A stretch of DNA of 64,000 bases from a virus. The stretch is from IMG/VR virus record IMGVR_UViG_3300034101_003554, positions 32,001-96,000 of that record; one strand, 5' to 3'. This document shows positions 25,548 through 34,669 of the stretch, one piece after another (positions within the stretch are counted from its first letter, which is position 1; each line of letters opens with the position of its first letter). The notes under the pieces were generated by a model. The model searched no databases. It worked only from the letters and a program-made list of their open reading frames with translations, and was not told the DNA's origin. The translations under genes were made by a program, and so were the position numbers.

Positions 25548-25931
25548 ACGGCTTTCAAAAACGCAGAATATAGTTTATTAAAATTCCGACCTTCAGTGGT
25601 ATTGGATGAACAAGTAAATGTTGGTATTTTAATCTTTCTTAAAGAAGATTCAAAACTACAATTCATCTATCCAAATTCATTGACACGATTAACATATCTT
25701 TTTCCAAATATTGATTTAAATTGTATTAAAGAAAAATTGGAGAATTTTAAAAGTCGTGTTAATCAATTCAACACAGATGGATTAACAAATTTTGAGTCCA
25801 TTAGAGACGAACATTTGCTTATATTGGATGATAATAGTTTTTTCTTCAGTAATACAATTAATACCAAATACACCAATAGTGATGGTATTCTAAAACATTA
25901 CACTGAAAAATATTTTTTATCTTACAAATAA
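25548..25931 (+). CDS. DUF3037-like protein
   Basis: YSLLKFRPSVVLDEQVNVGIL motif; frame opens at ACG 25548. Confidence 0.6.
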   Translation, partial: TAFKNAEYSLLKFRPSVVLDEQVNVGILIFLKEDSKLQFIYPNSLTRLTYLFPNIDLNCIKEKLENFKSRVNQFNTDGLTNFESIRDEHLLILDDNSFFFSNTINTKYTNSDGILKHYTEKYFLSYK

Positions 25932-25957
25932 ATCATTATATTATTTAAAAAAAAATT

Positions 25958-26143
25958 ATGAAATTTAAAGTAGGAGACAAAGTTTACAAACCAAAAGGTT
26001 ACAAATTCCCAGGTATAGTTGTTGCGGTATTCCAAACCACATCTGGTGAAACAAGAATTGTTGCAGAATTAATTGACAATGGTATGTTGCACATATTTAG
26101 TGAGAGTCAGCTAGAACTTGATAATGATGAAAAAAATGATTAA
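25958..26143 (+). CDS. small SH3-like hypothetical protein
   Basis: MKFKVGDKV..GYKFPG..LHIF. Confidence 0.65.
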   Translation: MKFKVGDKVYKPKGYKFPGIVVAVFQTTSGETRIVAELIDNGMLHIFSESQLELDNDEKND

Positions 26144-26384
26144 TATGAAAAACACACCTCTCCAAAATGTTATAGACAGAGTTGAAAAACTTGCTAGAGA
26201 AGCTAAAGAAAATACAGAGGAAAAAAGAAAATTAAACATAGTTATTTCTTATCTTTGGGATGAGTTACAAAATGAAAGATATGTAATGTCTGAAATTTAT
26301 GAAAAAAGTAAAAAAGAAGATAATGAAGTAACTGGAAAAATGTGGATTGAAAAAAATTTTATAGACTATCAAAAATTTTTATAA
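26118..26384 (+). CDS. hypothetical protein
   Basis: ORF track. Confidence 0.55.
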   Translation: MIMMKKMINMKNTPLQNVIDRVEKLAREAKENTEEKRKLNIVISYLWDELQNERYVMSEIYEKSKKEDNEVTGKMWIEKNFIDYQKFL

Positions 26385-26621
26385 TGAAAAACAAAAATCA
26401 AGGTAAAACAAATGACCAAAGAGAATTTGCAATGTATATGTTTTCAACAGCAATGCTTGGACTTATTGTATTGGGATTGGTTTATCTAATCAAATTTGGA
26501 TTTAACCTTTAAAAAAAACATACATAGAGAAAACTGGTATGTATGTTGTAAAGTAAAATCTTACTTACCTCCGACTATTTTGATAGTCATACGGAAGTTC
26601 CCAGATAAAAGATTTATTTAT

Positions 26622-26704
26622 GCCTGAGTGGCGGAATTGGCAAACGCAATTGATTTAGGATCAATCGTTATAATGACTTGTGGGTTCGAGTCCCACCTTG
26701 GGTA
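26622..26704 (+). tRNA. tRNA-Leu(TAG)
   Basis: ATTGA-TTTAGGA-TCAAT, V arm, A73. Confidence 0.9.
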
Positions 26705-26727
26705 CTAACATTTTAAAAAAAGAAATT

Positions 26728-26976
26728 ATGGATTTATTATTTGGTTCACTTTTTATGGTTGTTGGATTGTTTGCCTTTTTTGGTTCTTTCTCTTTTATAG
26801 ACAATCGAGGCATTTATTTATTTATTCTTGGGTTTATTTTATTTATTACTGGTTTTATGATTATCCCAAAAACACCCCCAAAACCAATTGAGATTAAATC
26901 AAACAAGGTAATTAATGTTGATTCAATTTATTTGCAAGGTTATAAAGATGGAATAAAAGATTGTAATAAAAATTGA
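26728..26976 (+). CDS. membrane protein
   Basis: MDLLFGSLF..., two TM segments. Confidence 0.6.
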   Translation: MDLLFGSLFMVVGLFAFFGSFSFIDNRGIYLFILGFILFITGFMIIPKTPPKPIEIKSNKVINVDSIYLQGYKDGIKDCNKN

Positions 26977-27189
26977 ATTGTTGGGAACATTTGATTGAGT
27001 TATTTGGTTATAATAAAAACAACTTAAAACTTAATATTATGAAAACCAAGAATAAACTTAAAGTTACAATTGATGCCATTGGTAATGGTGCTAGATTGGT
27101 GTATTTGGAGAATAACCCACATGGGTTTGTATCAGTAACTAAGGTACACAAAAGTTCAAAACAATATTCACGTAAAAACAAGAGTAAAA

Positions 27190-27612
27190 ATGAAATACAA
27201 AATATATTTGGATGATGAAAGAACTCCTAATGACAAAGATTGGATTGTTGTTAGAAATTATGGTCAATTCATCAAAAAGATTTCTGAGTTAGGATTAGAG
27301 AATATCGATGTTATTTCATTTGACCACGATTTGGGTGACACTGCGGTTGAAGAGTATTACACAAATGTAATGAATAAAGGTATATTAGATTATGATAACA
27401 TTGAAGAAAAAACTGGATATGATGCAGTTAAATGGTTGGTTGGACAATATATGGACAACTTTACAAGTCCTTTCCCTCAAGTATATGTTCACTCAGCCAA
27501 TCCTATTGGAGCTGCTAATATTGTTAATTATGTTAATCGTTTCCTAAGATATATGGATAAGGAACAAACCGCAAAATTAAGAGTAGAACCCTTCACCATT
27601 CAACATAAATAA
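27190..27612 (+). CDS. cyclic-phosphate-processing receiver-domain protein
   Basis: IYLDDER.P, ISFDHDLG, TGYD, VHSANPIG. Confidence 0.75.
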   Translation: MKYKIYLDDERTPNDKDWIVVRNYGQFIKKISELGLENIDVISFDHDLGDTAVEEYYTNVMNKGILDYDNIEEKTGYDAVKWLVGQYMDNFTSPFPQVYVHSANPIGAANIVNYVNRFLRYMDKEQTAKLRVEPFTIQHK

Positions 27613-28265
27613 AAATGATATTAACAGAACAACAAGAAAAATTTCTTGAGTTTGTCAAAGAACAACATGGCACTCAAGTGAGAAAATATACGGGAGAACC
27701 TTACTGGACTCATCCATTGGCTGTCGCAGAATTAGTGAATAAATATAAATCAGATTCTTTTAGTAATGGTGAAGTATTTGCTATAGAAATATCGTTAGGT
27801 CATGATTTATTGGAAGATACTCCTTGTACTGTTGAAACTTTAAGAAAAAAATTAAGTGAGATTGGTTATCCCTATTTAAGTACTGAGATGATTGTTTCAG
27901 GTATTGGTCATTTAACCGACACCTATACCAAAGAAGCTTATCCTAAACTCAATAGAGCCAAAAGAAAAGCTATGGAAGTTGAAAGACTTGGTAGAATCCC
28001 TGCTTATTGTCAAACAGTTAAATATGCTGACTTGATTGAGAATATTGCATCTATTGTTGAGCATGATAAATCTTTCGCTGTTACTTATCTTAAAGAGAAA
28101 AAAGAGTTACTTAAGAATATGAGGGGTGGAAATTTTAATCTTTACTTGAAAGCGATAGAAGTTTATTTGGAAGCTTTAAAAACTCTTGAGAGGGGTAAAG
28201 GATTTTGATGAAATTCCTTATTACCCAAAGTAGAACCTTTCACCATTCAACATAAATAAAAATGA
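27582..28265 (+). repeat. 37-bp direct repeat (27582-27618, 28229-28265), 1 mismatch, flanking the HD gene
   Basis: AGTAGAACC(C/T)TTCACCATTCAACATAAATAAAAATGA. Confidence 0.9.
27615..28208 (+). CDS. HD-domain hydrolase, RelA/SpoT hydrolase (Mesh1/SAH)-like
   Basis: H.TQVRKYTGEPYWTHP, HDLLEDT, VKYADLIEN. Confidence 0.8.
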   Translation: MILTEQQEKFLEFVKEQHGTQVRKYTGEPYWTHPLAVAELVNKYKSDSFSNGEVFAIEISLGHDLLEDTPCTVETLRKKLSEIGYPYLSTEMIVSGIGHLTDTYTKEAYPKLNRAKRKAMEVERLGRIPAYCQTVKYADLIENIASIVEHDKSFAVTYLKEKKELLKNMRGGNFNLYLKAIEVYLEALKTLERGKGF

Positions 28266-28753
28266 ACATTTTCTTTTTGGATTATGATGTTGTCAAATGT
28301 GCTAAATACCATTGTGACAAACACGTTGTTAAAATGATTTTGGAAACGGCACAATTGTTATGTTCAGCCCACCACGTAACTAATTCCAAACTAGATATCC
28401 CTTATAAATTATCACACAAAAATCACCCTTGTTCAATATGGGTTAGAGAATCATTATCTAACTATTTATACCTATGTGAACTTGGATTGGAATTGTGTAA
28501 GGAGTATACTTATAGATATGGAAAACGTCATAAATCCCAAGATGTTATTGAGTGGTGTGTCACAAATTTTGTCAATATTTGTGACAAAAGTTTCACTGAA
28601 CCACCCAAAGCAATGCCTGATGAATATAAGGTTAAAGACGTTATTCAATCTTATAGGAACTATTACATTGGGGCAAAAAAAGATTTTGTTTCTTGGAAAA
28701 ATCGTGATGTTCCCTATTGGTTTTGTGATGAAAATCACTTAGAATTGGTATAA
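28262..28753 (+). CDS. pyrimidine-dimer DNA glycosylase (DenV-like)
   Basis: MNIFFLD..CAKYHCDKHVVKMILETAQLL, HKNHPCSIW, YRNYY. Confidence 0.75.
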   Translation: MNIFFLDYDVVKCAKYHCDKHVVKMILETAQLLCSAHHVTNSKLDIPYKLSHKNHPCSIWVRESLSNYLYLCELGLELCKEYTYRYGKRHKSQDVIEWCVTNFVNICDKSFTEPPKAMPDEYKVKDVIQSYRNYYIGAKKDFVSWKNRDVPYWFCDENHLELV

Positions 28754-28759
28754 AAAATT

Positions 28760-29020
28760 ATGACAGAAGAAAAATTTTTTGAGTTAAAATCCTTTATGGA
28801 TAAAATTGAAAATATGGAAATGAGACTCCATATTATTGATTCTCTACTGAAATATAATAATTTAGATATGAAAATTACGGGGATGTCTGATTGTAAGTTT
28901 AAAATATCAAGATTTTTATATATAGGTGGAGATGATTTAATTAAATCAGTTTTAGAAACTGAAAGAAAAAATGTACAAGATGAATTATCTGTTTTAAAGG
29001 AAGAATTTGAAAAAAAATAA
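28760..29020 (+). CDS. hypothetical protein
   Basis: ORF track, operon context. Confidence 0.6.
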   Translation: MTEEKFFELKSFMDKIENMEMRLHIIDSLLKYNNLDMKITGMSDCKFKISRFLYIGGDDLIKSVLETERKNVQDELSVLKEEFEKK

Positions 29021-29110
29021 AACTATGAATATATTCAATAAAATAATGACAGGAATTTGGTTTATACTATTTCTTCTATTTTTATTTACAATTAGAAAAA
29101 GGAGGAAGGC

Positions 29111-29350
29111 ATGAAAGAAAAATTAACAAAGTTTCAAACTAAGGTTTGGCAAACAATTGAACCCATAATTAAAAAAGAATCTTATCAAGTTAATTTGACA
29201 TTTGATGACGAATTTGTAATAACCAGAGATTCTAAATTTATAATTAAAATTTTTCCCAAAAAAGAAGTTTCAATAACACAAGATAATACAATAATTTTTG
29301 AGGAAAAAAATATAACTGAATTCGTAAAATTCTTGGAAAACTTAAATTAA
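29111..29350 (+). CDS. hypothetical protein
   Basis: ORF track. Confidence 0.6.
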   Translation: MKEKLTKFQTKVWQTIEPIIKKESYQVNLTFDDEFVITRDSKFIIKIFPKKEVSITQDNTIIFEEKNITEFVKFLENLN

Positions 29351-29354
29351 AAAA

Positions 29355-29660
29355 ATGAACATTAATGAAGCGTATGAGTTTGTTATGAACAAACTTGAAA
29401 GATTGAAAAATGAGGGGATTGATTACACAATGAATGAATCAATTAAAACTCCAGTATTGATTGAGAAATATGATAAACCAAACAGATTACCAGTTGATAA
29501 GTGGATTAATATCGCATTCAACTTGGAAAATGAAAGTGATGTAAAGAAAATTCACGATATGGAAAATCTGTGTAAAATGGTTGGGATTTATTTTGATACT
29601 AGGTTTGGTAAAGTCCAACGAGACTGGGAAATAGATTGGTCATTTAGATTAAATTCTTAA
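29355..29660 (+). CDS. hypothetical protein
   Basis: ORF track; hairpin follows. Confidence 0.6.
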   Translation: MNINEAYEFVMNKLERLKNEGIDYTMNESIKTPVLIEKYDKPNRLPVDKWINIAFNLENESDVKKIHDMENLCKMVGIYFDTRFGKVQRDWEIDWSFRLNS

Positions 29661-29733
29661 AAAAATCCCCATTTAATTTTGATATTAGGTGGGGATTTCT
29701 TAATTTTGTAAAACAATTAAAACGAATAAAACA

Positions 29734-30219
29734 ATGGGAACAAACTACTACAGAATTCCAAGTGTGGAAGAAATGGAAAAAAGAAAACAAGAGTTGATTG
29801 ATAATATTAATTCTTTGGATATTTCTCCATCTTCAATAGAAAGAAAATTTGCAACAATCCAAAAGGAAAATGATTGGGGTAACTATTCAATTTGGGATTT
29901 GTTTACTGATGGAACAAACATTCACTTAGGTAAACGTAGTAGTGGTTGGAAGTTTTTGTGGAATTTTAATGACAAAAAATTTTATTCAAATAAAGAAGAA
30001 TTATTGAACTTTATAAGAATAGGTAGGGTTATAGATGAGTATGGTAATGAAATGGATGTGGAAGATTTTATCACAATGGCGTTAGAATGGGGACAACCTG
30101 ATGGATATGATTTAAAACGTTATAGACAAGAACATCCAAGACAATACCATTACGATTTTGAAGTAAAAGAAGAATATATAGATGAATTAAGAATTTCACC
30201 AAATAATGAATTTAGTTAA
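29734..30219 (+). CDS. phage hypothetical protein
   Basis: MGTNYY, IHLGKRSSGWKF, IDEYG motifs. Confidence 0.7.
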   Translation: MGTNYYRIPSVEEMEKRKQELIDNINSLDISPSSIERKFATIQKENDWGNYSIWDLFTDGTNIHLGKRSSGWKFLWNFNDKKFYSNKEELLNFIRIGRVIDEYGNEMDVEDFITMALEWGQPDGYDLKRYRQEHPRQYHYDFEVKEEYIDELRISPNNEFS

Positions 30220-31231
30220 TATGGAAAGAAAATTAGCGAGCATACAAATAGTAAAAGAAGTTAGACCAATCGTTGGGGCTGACGCTATAGAAGTTGTTAG
30301 AATAAACAACTGGGATGTTGTGTCCAAAAAAGGAGAATACAAAGCTGGAGACTTTTGTATCTATTGTGAAATTGACTCCTTCTTACCCATTAAAGAAGAA
30401 TTTGAATTCTTAAGAAAAACATCATACAAAAAAATGTCTGATGGTAGTGAAGGATTTAGATTGAAAACAATAAGATTAAGAGGACAATTAAGTCAAGGTC
30501 TATTGTTACCAATAAGTGTTCTTCCAATTGATATGGAAATAACTGAAGGAGAAGATGTAACTGAAATGTTGGGTATATTTAAATACGAACCCCCAATTCC
30601 AGCAGAACTTCAAGGTAAAGTTAAAGGTATGTTTCCATCTTTTATAAGAAAAACAGATGAAGAACGTATCCAAAACTTATCAAGTGAATACGAAAATATC
30701 AGATTGTCTGGTAAGGCATTTTATGTCACTGAGAAGTTGGATGGATCGAGTGCTACATTCTATTACAAGGATGGTGTATTTGGGGTATGTTCAAGAAATC
30801 TTGAGCTATTGGAGACTGAGGGTAATTCCTTTTGGAAAATTGCAAGAGAATTGAATTTAGAGGATTCTTTATCTAAATTGGGTTATAATATATGTGTTCA
30901 AGGTGAAATCATTGGAGAAGGAATCCAGGGTAACCCATACAAGATAAAAGGTCAAACAGTTAAATTCTTTAACGCATTTAATATTGATGAACAAAAAAAT
31001 ATCCCATTTACTAAATTCCTAATGTTAATGGAAGATTTGGGTTTAAAAACAGTTCCAATATTGGATTACGAATTTGTACTTCCAAAATCAATTGATGAAT
31101 TATTGTTATTTGCTGAAGATAAATCTCAACTTAATGGGAACTTTGATAGGGAAGGTGTTGTTATAAGAGGATATGATAGAAAAATATCATTCAAAGTTAT
31201 ATCAAACAAATTTTTGTTAAACGAAAAATAA
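30206..31231 (+). CDS. RNA ligase (DRB0094/Rnl5 family)
   Basis: N-terminal OB domain (RKLASI, YCEIDS, LRGQLSQGL), TEKLDGSS, QGE, REGVV, FKVISNKFL. Confidence 0.9.
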   Translation: MNLVNMERKLASIQIVKEVRPIVGADAIEVVRINNWDVVSKKGEYKAGDFCIYCEIDSFLPIKEEFEFLRKTSYKKMSDGSEGFRLKTIRLRGQLSQGLLLPISVLPIDMEITEGEDVTEMLGIFKYEPPIPAELQGKVKGMFPSFIRKTDEERIQNLSSEYENIRLSGKAFYVTEKLDGSSATFYYKDGVFGVCSRNLELLETEGNSFWKIARELNLEDSLSKLGYNICVQGEIIGEGIQGNPYKIKGQTVKFFNAFNIDEQKNIPFTKFLMLMEDLGLKTVPILDYEFVLPKSIDELLLFAEDKSQLNGNFDREGVVIRGYDRKISFKVISNKFLLNEK

Positions 31232-31239
31232 ATAAAACT

Positions 31240-31518
31240 ATGGCTAAGAGACTTTCATATCAAGAAAAAAGAGACAACCTAGTAATTGAAATATTGAATA
31301 AAATGTTTGAATTTGCTGGACATAAGGTTACATTTGAAGACATCAAAGATAGACAAGATGCTTGGTATAATGATTGGACAATTACTGAAGACCAATATGA
31401 CAAATGGAAAGAATGGGGTACTAAACAAATCAAGAAAAAACTTAAGTATACTGATACTTATGCCGACAGACAAATGTCAATGATTGGGGCAAGATGGGGT
31501 TTGAAATTTGAGAAATAA
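31240..31518 (+). CDS. hypothetical protein
   Basis: ORF track. Confidence 0.6.
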   Translation: MAKRLSYQEKRDNLVIEILNKMFEFAGHKVTFEDIKDRQDAWYNDWTITEDQYDKWKEWGTKQIKKKLKYTDTYADRQMSMIGARWGLKFEK

Positions 31519-31684
31519 GATATTTATACTAAAAAAGAAGTATGAAAAAATTTATTTGTAAATTTGTCCAAAAAATAACTTTTGGTAAAGTTTGTCTTGG
31601 GTGGTGTAAATTATAAAGTGTGAGAATAGTCTCACACTTTTTTGTTTATATAAAGTATTTATATATTATAGCAAAAAATAGAAT

Positions 31685-32125
31685 ATGAAATTATCTGATT
31701 TTAAATCACAAATTAAAACCTTAAAAAAAGAAAATACTATTACTAATATAAAAGGTGATGATAATATTGATTATGGTAATCTTTTAGATGGGATTCTTAC
31801 TTGGTTAAAAACATATGGTGATGTACAATTACAAAACCTATCTACCGATAATAAAAATGTTTCAATTACAATACTTGGTACAAATAAGAATTCTTTAAAA
31901 GATTATTTAGTTAAGGGTTACACTAATCATAATGCAACTTGGGATAATAATAATTCTATACTTAAAATGTCATTAAACCCTATTAGTAAAGATAATGCTA
32001 CAACTAATACAACAACAATTGATTCATCAATACCAAATGTATATGATACAATTGCAAAAAGTATATTTCCTGTTAATGAAGAAAAACTTTTTGAAAATAT
32101 AAATCGAATAAAACAATTATTTTAA
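31685..32125 (+). CDS. hypothetical late protein
   Basis: ends ENINRIKQLF. Confidence 0.65.
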   Translation: MKLSDFKSQIKTLKKENTITNIKGDDNIDYGNLLDGILTWLKTYGDVQLQNLSTDNKNVSITILGTNKNSLKDYLVKGYTNHNATWDNNNSILKMSLNPISKDNATTNTTTIDSSIPNVYDTIAKSIFPVNEEKLFENINRIKQLF

Positions 32126-32126
32126 T

Positions 32127-32690
32127 ATGAAAATTAGTACTTCAAACAGATTACAAAAACTTAGCGCGCAAGTAGCTGCTTGTACGCCTGTTAAAGATAG
32201 TAATATTATTTCACCTATTAGTGGTGTAATTGAGAATGTTACAGATAAATCAATTAAAATTAATTATAGTTCATCAGATTGTAAATTTTCAGTAATTATT
32301 AATCATTTTACCCCAGATAAAAATATACATATAAATGATAATGTAGAGGAAGGTGATGAGATTGGTAAGGCCACAGGAGAACAAATAAAATTATCGATTA
32401 AAAAAGGACTATATTCAAACGAAAATATTGATTCATATTTATCAGGAGAATATTGTCCAAGTAAAAAAACCTCAACAGACAATAAAACAAGTTCAGGTAC
32501 TAATAAAAAAGAAACTACAGATGATTTAGGAATTATGAACCCATACAAAGTTGCTGCATTACCTTTTCTTGGACTTCAAAAAGGTGCTAAAGCTATTATG
32601 CGTTTTGTTCCTGGACTAAGTACTGAGAGTGAGGAAGAAATAACGAATATTGTTGAAGAAGTTAACAGAATAAAGCAACTAATGAAATAA
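32127..32690 (+). CDS. hypothetical protein with degenerate M23-like segment
   Basis: IISPISGVI..VEEGDEIGK; ends EEVNRIKQLMK. Confidence 0.6.
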   Translation: MKISTSNRLQKLSAQVAACTPVKDSNIISPISGVIENVTDKSIKINYSSSDCKFSVIINHFTPDKNIHINDNVEEGDEIGKATGEQIKLSIKKGLYSNENIDSYLSGEYCPSKKTSTDNKTSSGTNKKETTDDLGIMNPYKVAALPFLGLQKGAKAIMRFVPGLSTESEEEITNIVEEVNRIKQLMK

Positions 32691-32740
32691 AAAAATCCCC
32701 ATTTCAATTAAGAGTGGGGATTTTTAGTTAGAAATTAAAA

Positions 32741-33046
32741 TTATTTCTCAACTTTTGCAGAATCAACAGATGGTGTTGTTACTGTAGTTGTTTCAACTTT
32801 AGTTGAATCTTCAGTTGATTTAACTTCTTCAGTTTTAGTTTGTGATTCACAAGATGTGAAAATAGCACCAAGTACCAATGCTGCTCCAAAAATTACTTTT
32901 TTCATTTTTTTTCTTTGTTTTAAAATTGATTTGTTATTTTTTATAGACAATAAATAGATAATAATTCCAAAGAAGTCAAATAGTTTTAACATTTTTTTAA
33001 AAAAAATATACTTATAAATAAAACATAAAATATGAATTGGAAACAC
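32741..33046 (-). CDS. small lipoprotein
   Basis: MKKVIFGAALVLGAIFTSC lipobox; true start probably this internal ATG. Confidence 0.65.
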   Translation of the reverse strand: MFPIHILCFIYKYIFFKKMLKLFDFFGIIIYLLSIKNNKSILKQRKKMKKVIFGAALVLGAIFTSCESQTKTEEVKSTEDSTKVETTTVTTPSVDSAKVEK

Positions 33047-33385
33047 ACCCTAATTATTGTGGTATCAATATTATTGATTGGGATTATTTTGGGTTATATG
33101 ATGAATACAAATCATCAAGATAACAAGAAATTACAACAACAAATTATTGATGCAGAAAAGAAAGCCATAGATTCTCTATATAAAAAATTGGACATAATGA
33201 AATCTGAGAGAGAAAAAATGGAATCCCAGTTGGATATCTTAACTACAAACATTCAAATGAGTGAAAGTAATCTAACATCAAAAATAAACCAATTAAAAAT
33301 TCAAAACAATGTTAAGATTGACGCTATTATTAATAGTTCTAATGACCAGCTCCTGGATGGTTTACGCACAAGGTTTAACCAATAA
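33032..33385 (+). CDS. membrane-anchored coiled-coil protein (spanin-like?)
   Basis: N-terminal TM + coiled coil; overlaps next ORF. Confidence 0.55.
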   Translation: MNWKHTLIIVVSILLIGIILGYMMNTNHQDNKKLQQQIIDAEKKAIDSLYKKLDIMKSEREKMESQLDILTTNIQMSESNLTSKINQLKIQNNVKIDAIINSSNDQLLDGLRTRFNQ

Positions 33386-33800
33386 GACAGATACAATTAA
33401 ACCCAAAATTGATTTAATAATTGTCAATGGTGATACCTCTTTTGTTATCAATAGAAAATTTGCTGAGAAAATTGCCATACAATATGATTCATTGAAAATT
33501 GTAATCGCCAAACTATCTGAGTATAAAATTGTATTGGATGATTGTGTTAAAGTAAAAGACCAATATAAAGTAGCCTTGGACAAATCAATGGACATTACAG
33601 ATATGTTAAAAAGAGAGGCTGAAACCAAAGACCAAATTGTTCAAGGATATAAGAAAATTGAAGAGTCACAACAAAAGATTATTACCGATTTGAATACTGA
33701 ATTCCGTAAAGTAAAAAATAGGAATAAATGGTTAACTGGATTAAGTATTGGCGGGGTAACATTTGGATTTACTTCATTTATCCTTTTACTACTAAAATAA
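33309..33800 (+). CDS. coiled-coil protein with terminal hydrophobic segments
   Basis: signal-like N-terminus, C-terminal TM. Confidence 0.55.
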   Translation: MLRLTLLLIVLMTSSWMVYAQGLTNKTDTIKPKIDLIIVNGDTSFVINRKFAEKIAIQYDSLKIVIAKLSEYKIVLDDCVKVKDQYKVALDKSMDITDMLKREAETKDQIVQGYKKIEESQQKIITDLNTEFRKVKNRNKWLTGLSIGGVTFGFTSFILLLLK

Positions 33801-33853
33801 GTTTATTATATTTTTTAGGTCTTCGGACATAAAAAATTAAATAATTTATTATT

Positions 33854-34168
33854 ATGGGAATTACTTATTTCGCTTTAGGTATGCTCTCGATGGTGGCTCT
33901 AGTATTTGTTGGAGTTATTGTTTGGGGTTTGGTTAAGGTATTAAGAATTGAAAGGCAGATTGTTGCCATAAAAGAAAATCAAAGATTTGATGTTAATAGT
34001 GTCCAACGTCAATTTGATAGTGTTTATAGAACTATTGGTGAACTTAAAGATAATTCATCTAGGGACTATTCCGAATTGTTAGCAATAGTTAACAACAAAT
34101 TTGATGACTCAATACGTTATACTGACAAAAGAATTGACAAAGCATTAAATCAAAAAGAAATTCAGTAA
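33854..34168 (+). CDS. membrane protein
   Basis: N-terminal TM. Confidence 0.65.
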   Translation: MGITYFALGMLSMVALVFVGVIVWGLVKVLRIERQIVAIKENQRFDVNSVQRQFDSVYRTIGELKDNSSRDYSELLAIVNNKFDDSIRYTDKRIDKALNQKEIQ

Positions 34169-34209
34169 AACAAAAAACCCCTTCTTAACGGAGGGGTTTC
34201 TTTTTTAAA

Positions 34210-34590
34210 GGTGGAGGTAGAGAGATTTGAACTCTCGTGTTGTCCGTTTTAACTATTAAGGACTACATGTTTAGGACAACATTATTCGCAGTGTTCCGAG
34301 CTATTTGATTTTTATACACCCAAAATCAACAAAATCGGTCAATTCATTTTTAGGGATGAGAATTGATTAGACAACCCTATAGTGCTCCTGTTCCTGAGTT
34401 AATGCACCCCGACTCGAAAGTAATACCCTATTAACTAGGCTACTACTGCTTCTTCAGCACGGATTAAACCTACTGCAGAAAGTTTGTTGATAACGTTGCC
34501 GTGTATCGTTTCAAACCAGTTTAACAGACTTAGTTTAGGTCTGACATGCCCCAAATAACTAACAACGTCAGTCAATTCCAGATTACCCCC
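34210..34590 (-). ncRNA. ssrA: tmRNA
   Basis: 5' GGGGGTAATCTGGAATTGAC; acceptor GGGGGTA/TACCTCC with G3:U; T arm; tag ORF 34500-34435 GNVINKLSAVGLIRAEEAVVA*. Confidence 0.9.
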
Positions 34591-34669
34591 TTTTGTAAAG
34601 TACTACAATAATAAATATAATGATTGATAATTCCAAGTTTTGATTATATTTATTTTAATAAAAAAATGT

